Source: a virus
IMG/VR virus record: IMGVR_UViG_3300048583_000198
Location: 1-64,000 of that record
Length of the DNA: 64,000 bases
Direction: 5' to 3' (one strand)
Position 1 is the first letter of the stretch, and the number at the start of each line of letters is the position of its first letter. The notes under the pieces were generated by a model. It was not told the DNA's origin and made no database searches. It was given only the letters and a program-made list of their open reading frames with translations. The position numbers and the translations under genes were made by a program. Positions 47,068-55,145 of this stretch are shown here, piece by piece.

Positions 47068-49647
47068 TTAAGCGTAATTGCGGTCAGGTGTCAGTGTAAC
47101 TGGGATGGACGAGTCCACCGCCGTCAAAGCCAAGTTCCGAATATAGTACGGCACGTACCCAGGCTTAAGGAACCCAATGTCGATGTTCTGCGCACCTGAG
47201 AACACAAAGCCATAGGAAGATGCTGCCAAAGCATCCCGCTGGTCAAGAATAGTCGACGTACCGGCTGTCAGAACCACAACGTCACAACCAGTCGGGAGAC
47301 CGGTGAACGTCACTGTGTTCGTATCAAGCGGATACAGATTGGCAGCCTGGGCCGCACCGGTACTGTCAGTCTGCACGCGGATGTAGGTGATGGCGTTGGT
47401 GGTACTCGCCGTGTCGCAGACGATGCGGTACTTGAGCTTGACGCCCACTGCCGGATCAATTGCGCCTACGCCGCTCAGGTTCGCCGCCGTCAGGTCGAGC
47501 CACGAGCCGTTCCAGCCAGCGCCGATGTCGTACTGGAAAAAAATGTCGTGGTTGCCCCAGTCTGGACCAGACACATAGGTGACGTTCGTACCCGTCACGA
47601 TGGGAGCAGTATTCGTGAAACCTGTAACGCCGAGCGTGAAGTAGTGCTGCTCGAAGATGATCTCATCGTTTAGCGCAGCCATCACGATCTGACCGGCGCT
47701 CGTAAATTTCGGCGTACCTGCGACAACTGTAATGTAGGCTGCTGTTTCAGCAGTCGGTTCATTCATCGGCAGTGTGATTCGGCCTACGGTGTCCGAGACA
47801 AACGCATCCCAAAAGTGCGTGCCGTAGACGGATGACTGACCCGTAACTGAAGTCGTACCGGCGCAATTCTTGGCCGTTTCATTCAGACCTGCAAGCACGA
47901 TGGCGTCAGCGCCGTCACCGTACACATGCTCGTAGAGGTTGCCCTTGTCCGAGTTCACGGTGCTGATCGCGCCCGTACGGGTCGGCGTTAGGTAGCACCG
48001 CTGCACCTTCACGTTCTGGTTGTTGCCGCCAGACACGAAGATGTATGCGGGCGCATTCGTCCCGCCTGCAAGGTTCGACGCTTTCGTGCCTGCGTTACGG
48101 AACTTGATGTTTTTTGACAGCGTGCAGTTGAACAAGCCTGAGTACGGATGACAGTTGGCAATCGCTCCATTCAACCCGAATGTCACACCATCAACAACAA
48201 TGTTTTCAGATGAAGCCGAAACTTGCACCGCGTATACACCGCTGGTCGTGTTGGTTGTACCAACATAGCGATCCACATGATCAAGATCATTGACCGTGCA
48301 ATCGAAGCAGGTTGTGAATGTCATGGGACCATTGAACTTACGACAATTATTGAACGTCAGTCCTGACGACTGTGCAACAGCAAACGGCACACCGGTGCTT
48401 CGAGCAAAGGTTACGATGCCGCTTTGCACGTTGGTGAATGTTTGCCCGATGCAATACAACACTTCAAAAGCGTGGTCAGTCGTACCTGCCGAGGAGCGAG
48501 GGCAGTTCCAATTCTGGAACGTGCCACCAGCAAAGTTGGAGGTGAGCGTCACCGTACGAGCGTCGAGCGATTGGCTGCAGCCGTTGCCACCGTCGTTGAT
48601 GTCGAGCGCCGTCGCACACTCCGAGATGTTGATGTAGTCGAATGTAGCGACATGATTGAGCTTCACGTAGTACGGCTGTGCGAACAGCAAGTACCAATTG
48701 GTCATGAAGTTTTCGATGTCGATGTAACCTGCGCTCGTCGTTACAAAGTCCACACGAGTTGCTGCGGTTGCGTTGGGAATAACGCTTGTTGCACGCGAAG
48801 CCGCAAGGGCTTCCCGACCAATCACGTTAGGGATGCGAACACGTAACCCACTGGCTGGCACCTTACCGACTGCCGTCGTGCCGTTGTGCCCGAAACGAAC
48901 GCTGCCATTGGTCTCCATGCAGACAACTTTGCTGCGGTCGTCGGTACCAAAATTCGTCGTGATCATCAAGGCCGCGTACACCGCAGGCCAGAATTCGTAC
49001 ACGCCAGACGCCACGCCGGTTTCTACCCAAACACCTGGAACGTAGTTGGTGGTGCTCCCGTTTGTAGGGGTCTGCATCAACTGGTTGGCACTGCCGCTTG
49101 TCGTGCCAATTTCAAACCAGTCGCCACGCACCGTGAAGTCGCCAAGGCGTGGTACTGTGATTGTCACGTTCTGGTCGTGAACCACTTCGATCCAGCCAAC
49201 AACATCGACGCCATTTGCCGTTGCGCCAATACCAGATAACACATCGTTGTCGACATAGGCTGCATCTGCTTCACGCAGCTTGATGAAACCTGTGGTCGGC
49301 ATGGCTGCACCCACAGCCGTGGGAGCACTGGTCAGCGAAGCCCATACACCAAGCAGGTATCCATTTGCACCACTCGTACCACCCGTAATGGTTGTACCAA
49401 TGGCAGGCACGTTGCCGGATCCAGCATCGTAGGCAAGCCAGCGAACATTGCGGCCATCGAGAATGTAGCTGCCACCCAGGGTGGCTGAAATCGTTACGGC
49501 AGCAAGCGTCCCGGTCATCGAAGCTGGGGCATTGGCATGCCAACGAGTATCAGAGCGAATCGTGAGCGATCCACCGTTGATAGTCATGGCTTCGCCAGCC
49601 GTCCTAGCAGCATCTTCCAAGTAGACCGGGGTGGTGATAGTTGCCAT
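47068..49647 (-). CDS. large tail spike/appendage protein with probable beta-helix
   Basis: 859 aa; central Asn/Cys-periodic beta-helix-like repeats; ends DRNYA. Confidence 0.65.
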   Translation of the reverse strand: MATITTPVYLEDAARTAGEAMTINGGSLTIRSDTRWHANAPASMTGTLAAVTISATLGGSYILDGRNVRWLAYDAGSGNVPAIGTTITGGTSGANGYLLGVWASLTSAPTAVGAAMPTTGFIKLREADAAYVDNDVLSGIGATANGVDVVGWIEVVHDQNVTITVPRLGDFTVRGDWFEIGTTSGSANQLMQTPTNGSTTNYVPGVWVETGVASGVYEFWPAVYAALMITTNFGTDDRSKVVCMETNGSVRFGHNGTTAVGKVPASGLRVRIPNVIGREALAASRATSVIPNATAATRVDFVTTSAGYIDIENFMTNWYLLFAQPYYVKLNHVATFDYINISECATALDINDGGNGCSQSLDARTVTLTSNFAGGTFQNWNCPRSSAGTTDHAFEVLYCIGQTFTNVQSGIVTFARSTGVPFAVAQSSGLTFNNCRKFNGPMTFTTCFDCTVNDLDHVDRYVGTTNTTSGVYAVQVSASSENIVVDGVTFGLNGAIANCHPYSGLFNCTLSKNIKFRNAGTKASNLAGGTNAPAYIFVSGGNNQNVKVQRCYLTPTRTGAISTVNSDKGNLYEHVYGDGADAIVLAGLNETAKNCAGTTSVTGQSSVYGTHFWDAFVSDTVGRITLPMNEPTAETAAYITVVAGTPKFTSAGQIVMAALNDEIIFEQHYFTLGVTGFTNTAPIVTGTNVTYVSGPDWGNHDIFFQYDIGAGWNGSWLDLTAANLSGVGAIDPAVGVKLKYRIVCDTASTTNAITYIRVQTDSTGAAQAANLYPLDTNTVTFTGLPTGCDVVVLTAGTSTILDQRDALAASSYGFVFSGAQNIDIGFLKPGYVPYYIRNLALTAVDSSIPVTLTPDRNYA

Positions 49648-49659
49648 GTCTTGCTCTCG

Positions 49660-50394
49660 TTACCAACCGCTAGGATACCAGCTGTTACCGCCGCCACCCC
49701 CACCTGCAGCCGGAACAATCGTCGTCCCGTTGAAGTAGAGATAGCCGGTAACACTCATCTCCGCGATGGCCGTGAGTCGCGGCGATGCTTCTTGCGACGC
49801 TTCTTGGGCGGCTTGGGCTGCTCCAAGGGGGTCGTATCTAGCATCGGCGTCCGCTCGAGTCGGGATGGATCCAGCTGCTCCAACTCCAAGGGCTCGCTTG
49901 GTGAAGGTGTCAGCTCCGGTTTGTTCAAGGACTCCTGCCGACGAGTCCAAAGCCGCCAACGCGCCCAGCGTTGCGTCAATGCCCTGGTACCGCGCATCAC
50001 CTTCAAGGAGGACGAGGTACTGAGGGTGTGGATCTGCGAGCCCTTCATGCGCAGCCACCGCCGCAGCCGGAGCCGCCGCTGATGCGTAGAGACTCGAACC
50101 TTCAGCAGCAGTGAGGTAGTTGGGATGTGGATCCGCTGCCAAAAGATGCGCGGCCATCGACGCGGATGTTGCTCCCAGAGCTTCAAAGAGCGCCGCAGCC
50201 TCGGAGTTGGTGAGGTATTGTGCATGTGGATCACCTAGTGCTTCATGGGCTGCAACCGCAGCTGGGCCGCTGCCATCGTCGGCAGCAGCATACAGTTCTT
50301 CGAAGTTCGCATTGATCTTCTCGTACGCCTGGTCTTTCCAGTCTGTACGTTTGAAGTCGAACTTGTCGTTGATGCGAAGATAGCGTTGCGCCAT
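49660..50394 (-). CDS. fibre protein
   Basis: KINANFEELY N-terminus, three AH....DPH..Y repeats, poly-Gly tail. Confidence 0.65.
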   Translation of the reverse strand: MAQRYLRINDKFDFKRTDWKDQAYEKINANFEELYAAADDGSGPAAVAAHEALGDPHAQYLTNSEAAALFEALGATSASMAAHLLAADPHPNYLTAAEGSSLYASAAAPAAAVAAHEGLADPHPQYLVLLEGDARYQGIDATLGALAALDSSAGVLEQTGADTFTKRALGVGAAGSIPTRADADARYDPLGAAQAAQEASQEASPRLTAIAEMSVTGYLYFNGTTIVPAAGGGGGGNSWYPSGW

Positions 50395-50400
50395 GGCTGC

Positions 50401-51018
50401 TTACTTCGCAACCCAACCGGCACCGTCGTCGTCAACACCACCATTCATGTTGTCGTACGTCCAGTTGCCTTGAGTCGTGGTCTCGGTCGTTTCGATGAGG
50501 CTACCTGCCGCACCTGGGGTGTTCGCCGTGACAACCATCGTGTCGCCAGCGCCAGCCGCTGCAGTGACAGTCGCATGCGCAACCGTACCGGTGCCATAGG
50601 TCGTACCCGCACCCGCCGTACCGTTGATGGCAGAGATGAGATTGTCGAGAGTGGCTGAAGGATCGACACCGATGAGAACATCACCGGCTGCATTGAGCAA
50701 AGTCTGGAACAAGTACACGCGACCGTCGATGGTCACCTGCTCACCCGCAATCGGGTTGGCACTCAGCGTGTAGGTGTTGGTCGCGGCTACCGGGGCACCC
50801 GCAGCTTCGCGGATGTACAGGGTCGTACCGGCCCCGCCGTCCTGGCGCAGATACATCGTGCCTTTGGGACCAGCCGCTGCGCCGGGGGCACCGTTGCCCC
50901 AGCTCACCTTCCCGTACAGCTCAGCGAACATCTCGTTGATCTTCTGGTAGGCCGAACGCCGGAAGTCCAAGAGATTGAAGGCAACAGGGGTAGACGCACT
51001 GAGCACTTGACGGGCCAT
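50401..51018 (-). CDS. fibre/decoration protein
   Basis: KINEMFAELY, G.GAP....G..G.MYLR.DGG fibre motif; GAGG RBS. Confidence 0.65.
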   Translation of the reverse strand: MARQVLSASTPVAFNLLDFRRSAYQKINEMFAELYGKVSWGNGAPGAAAGPKGTMYLRQDGGAGTTLYIREAAGAPVAATNTYTLSANPIAGEQVTIDGRVYLFQTLLNAAGDVLIGVDPSATLDNLISAINGTAGAGTTYGTGTVAHATVTAAAGAGDTMVVTANTPGAAGSLIETTETTTQGNWTYDNMNGGVDDDGAGWVAK

Positions 51019-51054
51019 GACACACCTCAACACCGTGGCAGGAAAGCTAGGACG

Positions 51055-51738
51055 CTACTCTACCTTGTTGCCTTCAATTAGCAACGGAGTTCGATTAAGG
51101 GAGACATTAGCGACGCTTTTCACGTTTCCGCCACTTTGAATGGCGGCCAACTGACGTTGAGCCAACTCAGTCATCATGACCTGCAGTTCCTGCATGCCAC
51201 CCTGGTTCTGCGTCACTTCCAGCTCGATCTTCGCGGCTTCTGGTCGCTTGATGTGGGCCAGCAGCTTATCTGCCGCCTCGGCTCGAGTGCGGGGGCTGGT
51301 ATCTTCGTTCGTCATCACGTCGACCAGGGTCTTGATGGCCTTGTGCGCCTCATCCTGGTAAAGCATGTAAAGCGGGATGGTCGACTGGGCCAGCAACTTC
51401 TGGACCAGCACGCCCTTGTGGTACGCGGCGACATGGCTCGAGATGCGCTGCTCGTCATACCCTTTGGCCACCAGTTCCTGATAGCGGTCGGCCAACGCAA
51501 TGCTATACGCCTGCTGATTGTTATGGCCCATCTGCTTGAGAGACACATACTTGATGGCAGTGGTGTACTGCTCCATAGAGTAGGTGCCCTCGCGCAAGAT
51601 GTTTGCATGCGTGAGCCAATTCTCACGCACGAGATCGGCCCCGTCAGATTCGAGGCCGTTCAACATCGAGACTAGCTCCTGGGAAGCCCAATTGCGCTTG
51701 CTTCCCAGGGCTAGTTGTACCTGCTCGGTCGTAACCAT
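51055..51738 (-). CDS. N4 gp69-like protein (putative terminase small subunit)
   Basis: Y.TAIKYVSLK.MG, AYHKG.LV, AADKLLAHIKRPE. Confidence 0.7.
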   Translation of the reverse strand: MVTTEQVQLALGSKRNWASQELVSMLNGLESDGADLVRENWLTHANILREGTYSMEQYTTAIKYVSLKQMGHNNQQAYSIALADRYQELVAKGYDEQRISSHVAAYHKGVLVQKLLAQSTIPLYMLYQDEAHKAIKTLVDVMTNEDTSPRTRAEAADKLLAHIKRPEAAKIELEVTQNQGGMQELQVMMTELAQRQLAAIQSGGNVKSVANVSLNRTPLLIEGNKVE

Positions 51739-52046
51739 TACGCAGGAGTTGCCGTCAGGCTGACGAGGGCACTCGGAGCGGTCGTGTCTTCGACCACAAA
51801 CACAGTCTCGAGCGGAGCCGAAGAACGGCCCTTCGTGTCGACCACGGTGCCACGGAACGTCCAGATACCGAAGTCGAGATCGGTGACAGGGATGCTGTTC
51901 ACTTCCGCGCCAAACGTACCGATCGGTGCCCAGTCAGCACCGCCATTCGCGCTCACCTCGATGGCGACGTGCGCAATGTCAGCAACCGCCAGGGGCTTGC
52001 CAGACTCACGAGTGGTGGGCAGTGCCCAGGAGAGAGTGATGTTCAT
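51738..52046 (-). CDS. fibronectin type III-like protein
   Basis: TLSWALPTTRESG.PL, VTDLDFGIWTF...VVDT.GR.S. Confidence 0.7.
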   Translation of the reverse strand: MNITLSWALPTTRESGKPLAVADIAHVAIEVSANGGADWAPIGTFGAEVNSIPVTDLDFGIWTFRGTVVDTKGRSSAPLETVFVVEDTTAPSALVSLTATPA

Positions 52047-52155
52047 GTTCAGTTACCTTCGTGTGTTGCAGAGAGATTCTTGAGGGGACTCGGGTTCGAC
52101 TTGTTCTTTCCGCGTTCAAGCCAGTTGAACAGTCGTTCCAGCGCCAGCAGCAATG

Positions 52156-52680
52156 TTACCCACAATCCGCCAGTGCCGCTGTCAATTTTGTACCAGACCA
52201 TGTGACAGCCTCCAAGGCTACCTTGTATTTTCCATTGACCGTCTGAGTTGCATCACACACGGTACCGATCGGCACGGTGTGAGACGTAGCAACGACGGTG
52301 ATGTTGCCACCCGATCTGAAGAACGTGTACACCTTGTTTGTCTTGGTAGTGAATTCAGTTGGTGCGATGGTTTTCTCCACCGTGATGAATTCACTGCGGT
52401 CGCCATCAGCGTTCACCGCTGCAAGGCTGAACCACCAGACGCCTGGAGCCAGTCCCGTAACAGTGTGAGTGAGTGGGGTAAGCGGCAAGTCGACCCGCTT
52501 CTGGCCGTACGTCATGTTGTACTTGGCCAGATTGGTGAGCAACGTGCCATCACAGTTACGAGTAGGAGCCGTCCAAGAAAGATCGGCTGTACCGGCACGG
52601 GCAGTAAGGGCCATTGCCAACAGGACCATCCCAAGCATGCCGAACATCACACCGTGGAATACTCGTCGTACAGAAAACAT
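52156..52680 (-). CDS. secreted FN3-like protein
   Basis: Signal peptide ending ARA; LSWTAPTRNCDGTLLTNLAKY, VTGLAPGVWWFSL.AVN; GGAGG RBS. Confidence 0.72.
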   Translation of the reverse strand: MFSVRRVFHGVMFGMLGMVLLAMALTARAGTADLSWTAPTRNCDGTLLTNLAKYNMTYGQKRVDLPLTPLTHTVTGLAPGVWWFSLAAVNADGDRSEFITVEKTIAPTEFTTKTNKVYTFFRSGGNITVVATSHTVPIGTVCDATQTVNGKYKVALEAVTWSGTKLTAALADCG

Positions 52681-52706
52681 GTGAACCTCCGAATTCAGTA
52701 ACAAGA

Positions 52707-52888
52707 CAGGCCCTCTGCAGAGATCGTAGCAAGGGACGCAAAGCCTCACGTTAGGATGCCCTTCTGACACATTTCCTTCCGTAAAACTCTCCACTCAGTT
52801 CCCTCCAGAGCAACGCAGGGGTCAAGCCCTTTGTCATGACGCGCTGGAGCAATCTGTACATGGGGGAGTCCATGCTGCAGAGGGCCTG
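52707..52888. repeat. perfect 14-bp inverted repeat closing a multibranch structure
   Basis: CAGGCCCTCTGCAG (52707-20) and CTGCAGAGGGCCTG (52875-88). Confidence 0.8.
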
Positions 52889-52890
52889 AT

Positions 52891-53316
52891 TCATCTCAAC
52901 GCCTTCAAGTTGATCACCGACCCTGGTTTTGTGTTCGCCGGTAGAGTGAATTCAAAGACGTTTGATCGTCCAATAGGGGCATCATCCATTCCGATAACTG
53001 TCGCAACATAGCACCAGCGTTGACCAATAGGAACGTAATTGATTCGCCCCAGGCTCTGTCCAGCTGCGATGTTCGTGCCACCTTGCATGTCTTTTAGCAA
53101 AGCAGCATCCCTTGAACATGTTCCATACATTACCTGGGTATGCTTGAAATCCTTACGCGGCACGAGCGCAACGCCATCTGCCCAGCGAAACACAGCAGGT
53201 ATCGTGACATTAACCGAAGCTGTCTTTGTCTGGGCACTACACTTGTCCATGACGAATAGCGTCGTCAACATGATGGCTGCTGTGACGACAAATCCAAGAA
53301 AGGTAGGACTCTTCAT
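52891..53316 (-). CDS. secreted or anchored FN3-like protein
   Basis: Hydrophobic N-terminus; P....ADG..L, YGTC, WCYVATV....GRSN. Confidence 0.62.
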   Translation of the reverse strand: MKSPTFLGFVVTAAIMLTTLFVMDKCSAQTKTASVNVTIPAVFRWADGVALVPRKDFKHTQVMYGTCSRDAALLKDMQGGTNIAAGQSLGRINYVPIGQRWCYVATVIGMDDAPIGRSNVFEFTLPANTKPGSVINLKALR

Positions 53317-53528
53317 TACAGTTTTCCTGTGAGACGGATTTTCCACACTGGTTCCCATTCTGGATTGACTAGCGTGCAGAAGCCTATCGCCAGCTCCTGG
53401 ATCCAGATGTTGAGCCGCATTACCGGCATGAGCCAACCAGCCCTAGGGCAAAGCTGTGGACTACCGCTGTACGGGTTGTTGATGAGCACCGGACAGAAAC
53501 CAAACCAACCTTTGTGGGTGTACTTCAT
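53316..53528 (-). CDS. hypothetical protein
   Basis: Coupled on both sides (ATGA and TAATG). Confidence 0.65.
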   Translation of the reverse strand: MKYTHKGWFGFCPVLINNPYSGSPQLCPRAGWLMPVMRLNIWIQELAIGFCTLVNPEWEPVWKIRLTGKL

Positions 53529-53716
53529 TCAGGTGCGTCCTGTTCAAACTTCCGTTGGGCCACGTTTGCCGCTGCGTAGATCGTCAGGGCTAAGGTCGAC
53601 AAGGCTACGTATGTGCCGCCGTCGATTTTCCCGATGAACAGGGCTATCGCTCCCGTCACCTGAACGAAGACGCTCTGTTGGAACTTTGTGCTTTTCCAGT
53701 TGGTTGTGTCGTCCAT
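53525..53716 (-). CDS. putative holin
   Basis: 63 aa, WKSTKF start, two hydrophobic helices, YAAANVAQ, charged tail. Confidence 0.55.
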   Translation of the reverse strand: MDDTTNWKSTKFQQSVFVQVTGAIALFIGKIDGGTYVALSTLALTIYAAANVAQRKFEQDAPE

Positions 53717-53898
53717 CTTCATCCTCCCAGACATCCCACCCTGTTCGCATGTACTTGCGCCATGCCGGATTGCTCACCCGCACTCCAGCGGTGTTGGTCT
53801 TTGCTTCCGGGAGCAACGGCGGAGCTTCAGTTTCACCCTGGTTCGGGCTTTGCGACCCGAGTTCCCCACGCCTGCGGAGCAACCCTTTGTTGGCCATG

Positions 53899-54129
53899 TC
53901 AGAGCGCATTCCACTCATCCTCGGAGCCACCACTGAATCGTGGGGCGAGGTAGAGCTTACCGTCTTTCCGCTTCACGTAGCCATGCTTTTCGAGCGTCTT
54001 GGTCCGGAGGAATGCAGCCACTGCTGTCACCTGCAGTTCCTTGCCAAGCACCGCATACGATGCGTCAACCCAACAACCCTTGCACCACTTGGCCAAGAGG
54101 TTGACGAATGCCAGTTGCTTTACATTCAC
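53899..54129 (-). CDS. small winged-helix-like protein, first late gene
   Basis: GGAGG RBS; KTLEKHGYVKRKDGKLYLAP wing motif. Confidence 0.6.
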   Translation of the reverse strand: MNVKQLAFVNLLAKWCKGCWVDASYAVLGKELQVTAVAAFLRTKTLEKHGYVKRKDGKLYLAPRFSGGSEDEWNAL

Positions 54130-54157
54130 GTGCTTTGTCCTCCGTTAAGGTGAAGTG

Positions 54158-54186
54158 ATTCTGCATGAGCCCGTGATATTTAGCAA
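54158..54186 (-). promoter_or_regulatory. sigma70-type late promoter heading the late operon
   Basis: TTGCTA-17 nt-CAGAAT; same ATGCA.AAT context as the promoter at 36385. Confidence 0.55.
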
Positions 54187-54271
54187 GAGACTTAACGTCC
54201 ATTTTTTGAGGTTGAATTTTGGTCAGGTGGGAGTTTGAGAGTTTGAGACCTTCAAACTCGAAACCTCCCCC

Positions 54272-54303
54272 CCGGATTACACGTGCACTACGTGCACATC
54301 GGA
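54272..54303 (+). promoter_or_regulatory. vRNAP hairpin promoter P1
   Basis: CCGGATTACAC-GTGCAC-TAC-GTGCAC-ATC-GGA; template loop C-GTA-G centred at -11, predicted +1 54301. Confidence 0.8.
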
Positions 54304-54332
54304 CCAACCTCGGTCCTTCCATGGAGTTCATC

Positions 54333-54542
54333 ATGTCCCTCATCAAGACCGCCTTCTCTGGCATGGTCCAGAAGATGCAGCTCGAGAACGCACTGCAGCT
54401 GCAGAAGCACCAGCACCTGCGTCCTCCGCAGATCCGACTGCAGATCGCACAGGGCCTCACCGCCATCGACGAGCAGCTCGCAGCTGACACCAAGCTGAAG
54501 AAGCGCTTCGACACCATCACGCTCACGTTGCCCACAACCTGA
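54333..54542 (+). CDS. first early protein (hypothetical)
   Basis: GGAG RBS, strongly biased codons, directly after P1. Confidence 0.75.
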   Translation: MSLIKTAFSGMVQKMQLENALQLQKHQHLRPPQIRLQIAQGLTAIDEQLAADTKLKKRFDTITLTLPTT

Positions 54543-54573
54543 GCTAACGGCCTTCCCTCGCAAGAGGGAAGAG

Positions 54574-54605
54574 CCGGAATACACGTGGCCTTCGGCCACT
54601 CAGCG
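54574..54605 (+). promoter_or_regulatory. vRNAP hairpin promoter P2
   Basis: CCGGAATACAC-GTGGCC-TTC-GGCCAC-TCA-G; template loop C-GAA-G, predicted +1 54603. Confidence 0.78.
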
Positions 54606-54727
54606 AAGCAGGACGATAGATCCTGTCTCTGGTGCATTACGCTGAGGGAAGTGAGCAGTCCGTACCAACCGCCTGTTGTACCCTTCACAGCACGTCCCAG
54701 AGTCCCTCTATCGTTCCTGTCCTTCGC
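54603..54727 (+). ncRNA. candidate rod-shaped early ncRNA
   Basis: The 5' end at predicted +1 pairs with the 3' end through nested helices. Confidence 0.6.
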
Positions 54728-54765
54728 ATGAACACCTTTAACGGCTGTGCCCTCTTGGGCATTGT

Positions 54766-54798
54766 CCGGACTACACATGCGCATTCGCGCACGTCGGA
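54766..54798 (+). promoter_or_regulatory. vRNAP hairpin promoter P3
   Basis: CCGGACTACAC-ATGCGC-ATTC-GCGCAC-GTC-GGA; predicted +1 54796. Confidence 0.72.
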
Positions 54799-54834
54799 GT
54801 GCAATCCCGCACTTCGTTTCTCTGGAGAAAGTTC

Positions 54835-55092
54835 ATGAGCATTGGAAACATCGTCGAGAGCGCCAAGCCTGCTGGCAAGCGCGTCACCTACGGCATCCTC
54901 ATCAAGGCTGGCACGTTCAGCCTGAACGAGTGGGGCCTCACCGAGAGCGATGCGAAGCAGGTGCACGAGATCCTCGTGGCCCGTAAGGACGAGCCGTTCG
55001 AGCTGAACGGTCTCACCTTCGCTCGCCGTCCGCCGTCCGACCTGTCGGCGCAGCTGGCCGCGTTCAAGGCCAAGGCTCCGGCAGCCGTCTGA
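54835..55092 (+). CDS. early protein (hypothetical)
   Basis: GGAG RBS, biased codons, directly after P3. Confidence 0.75.
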   Translation: MSIGNIVESAKPAGKRVTYGILIKAGTFSLNEWGLTESDAKQVHEILVARKDEPFELNGLTFARRPPSDLSAQLAAFKAKAPAAV

Positions 55093-55145
55093 CCGGAAAC
55101 AGCAGCGTCCATCCCATCACGGGGTGGGCGCTGTTGTATTTTCGG
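55093..55145 (+). terminator. long hairpin between convergent genes
   Basis: ACAGCAGCGTCCATCCC-ATCAC-GGGGTGGGCGCTGTTGT-ATTTT. Confidence 0.6.

Noticed and set aside
52733-52747. GGGACGCAAAGCCTC, resembling part of a c-di-GMP-I riboswitch
   Set aside because: It is antisense to the flanking genes, and the upstream GGCAAA, GNRA loop and receptor are not evident; needs cmscan.
54272-54798. CRISPR-like mini-array
   Set aside because: Spacing is 190-300 nt and irregular, one interval holds a gene, and the geometry fits N4-type promoters.
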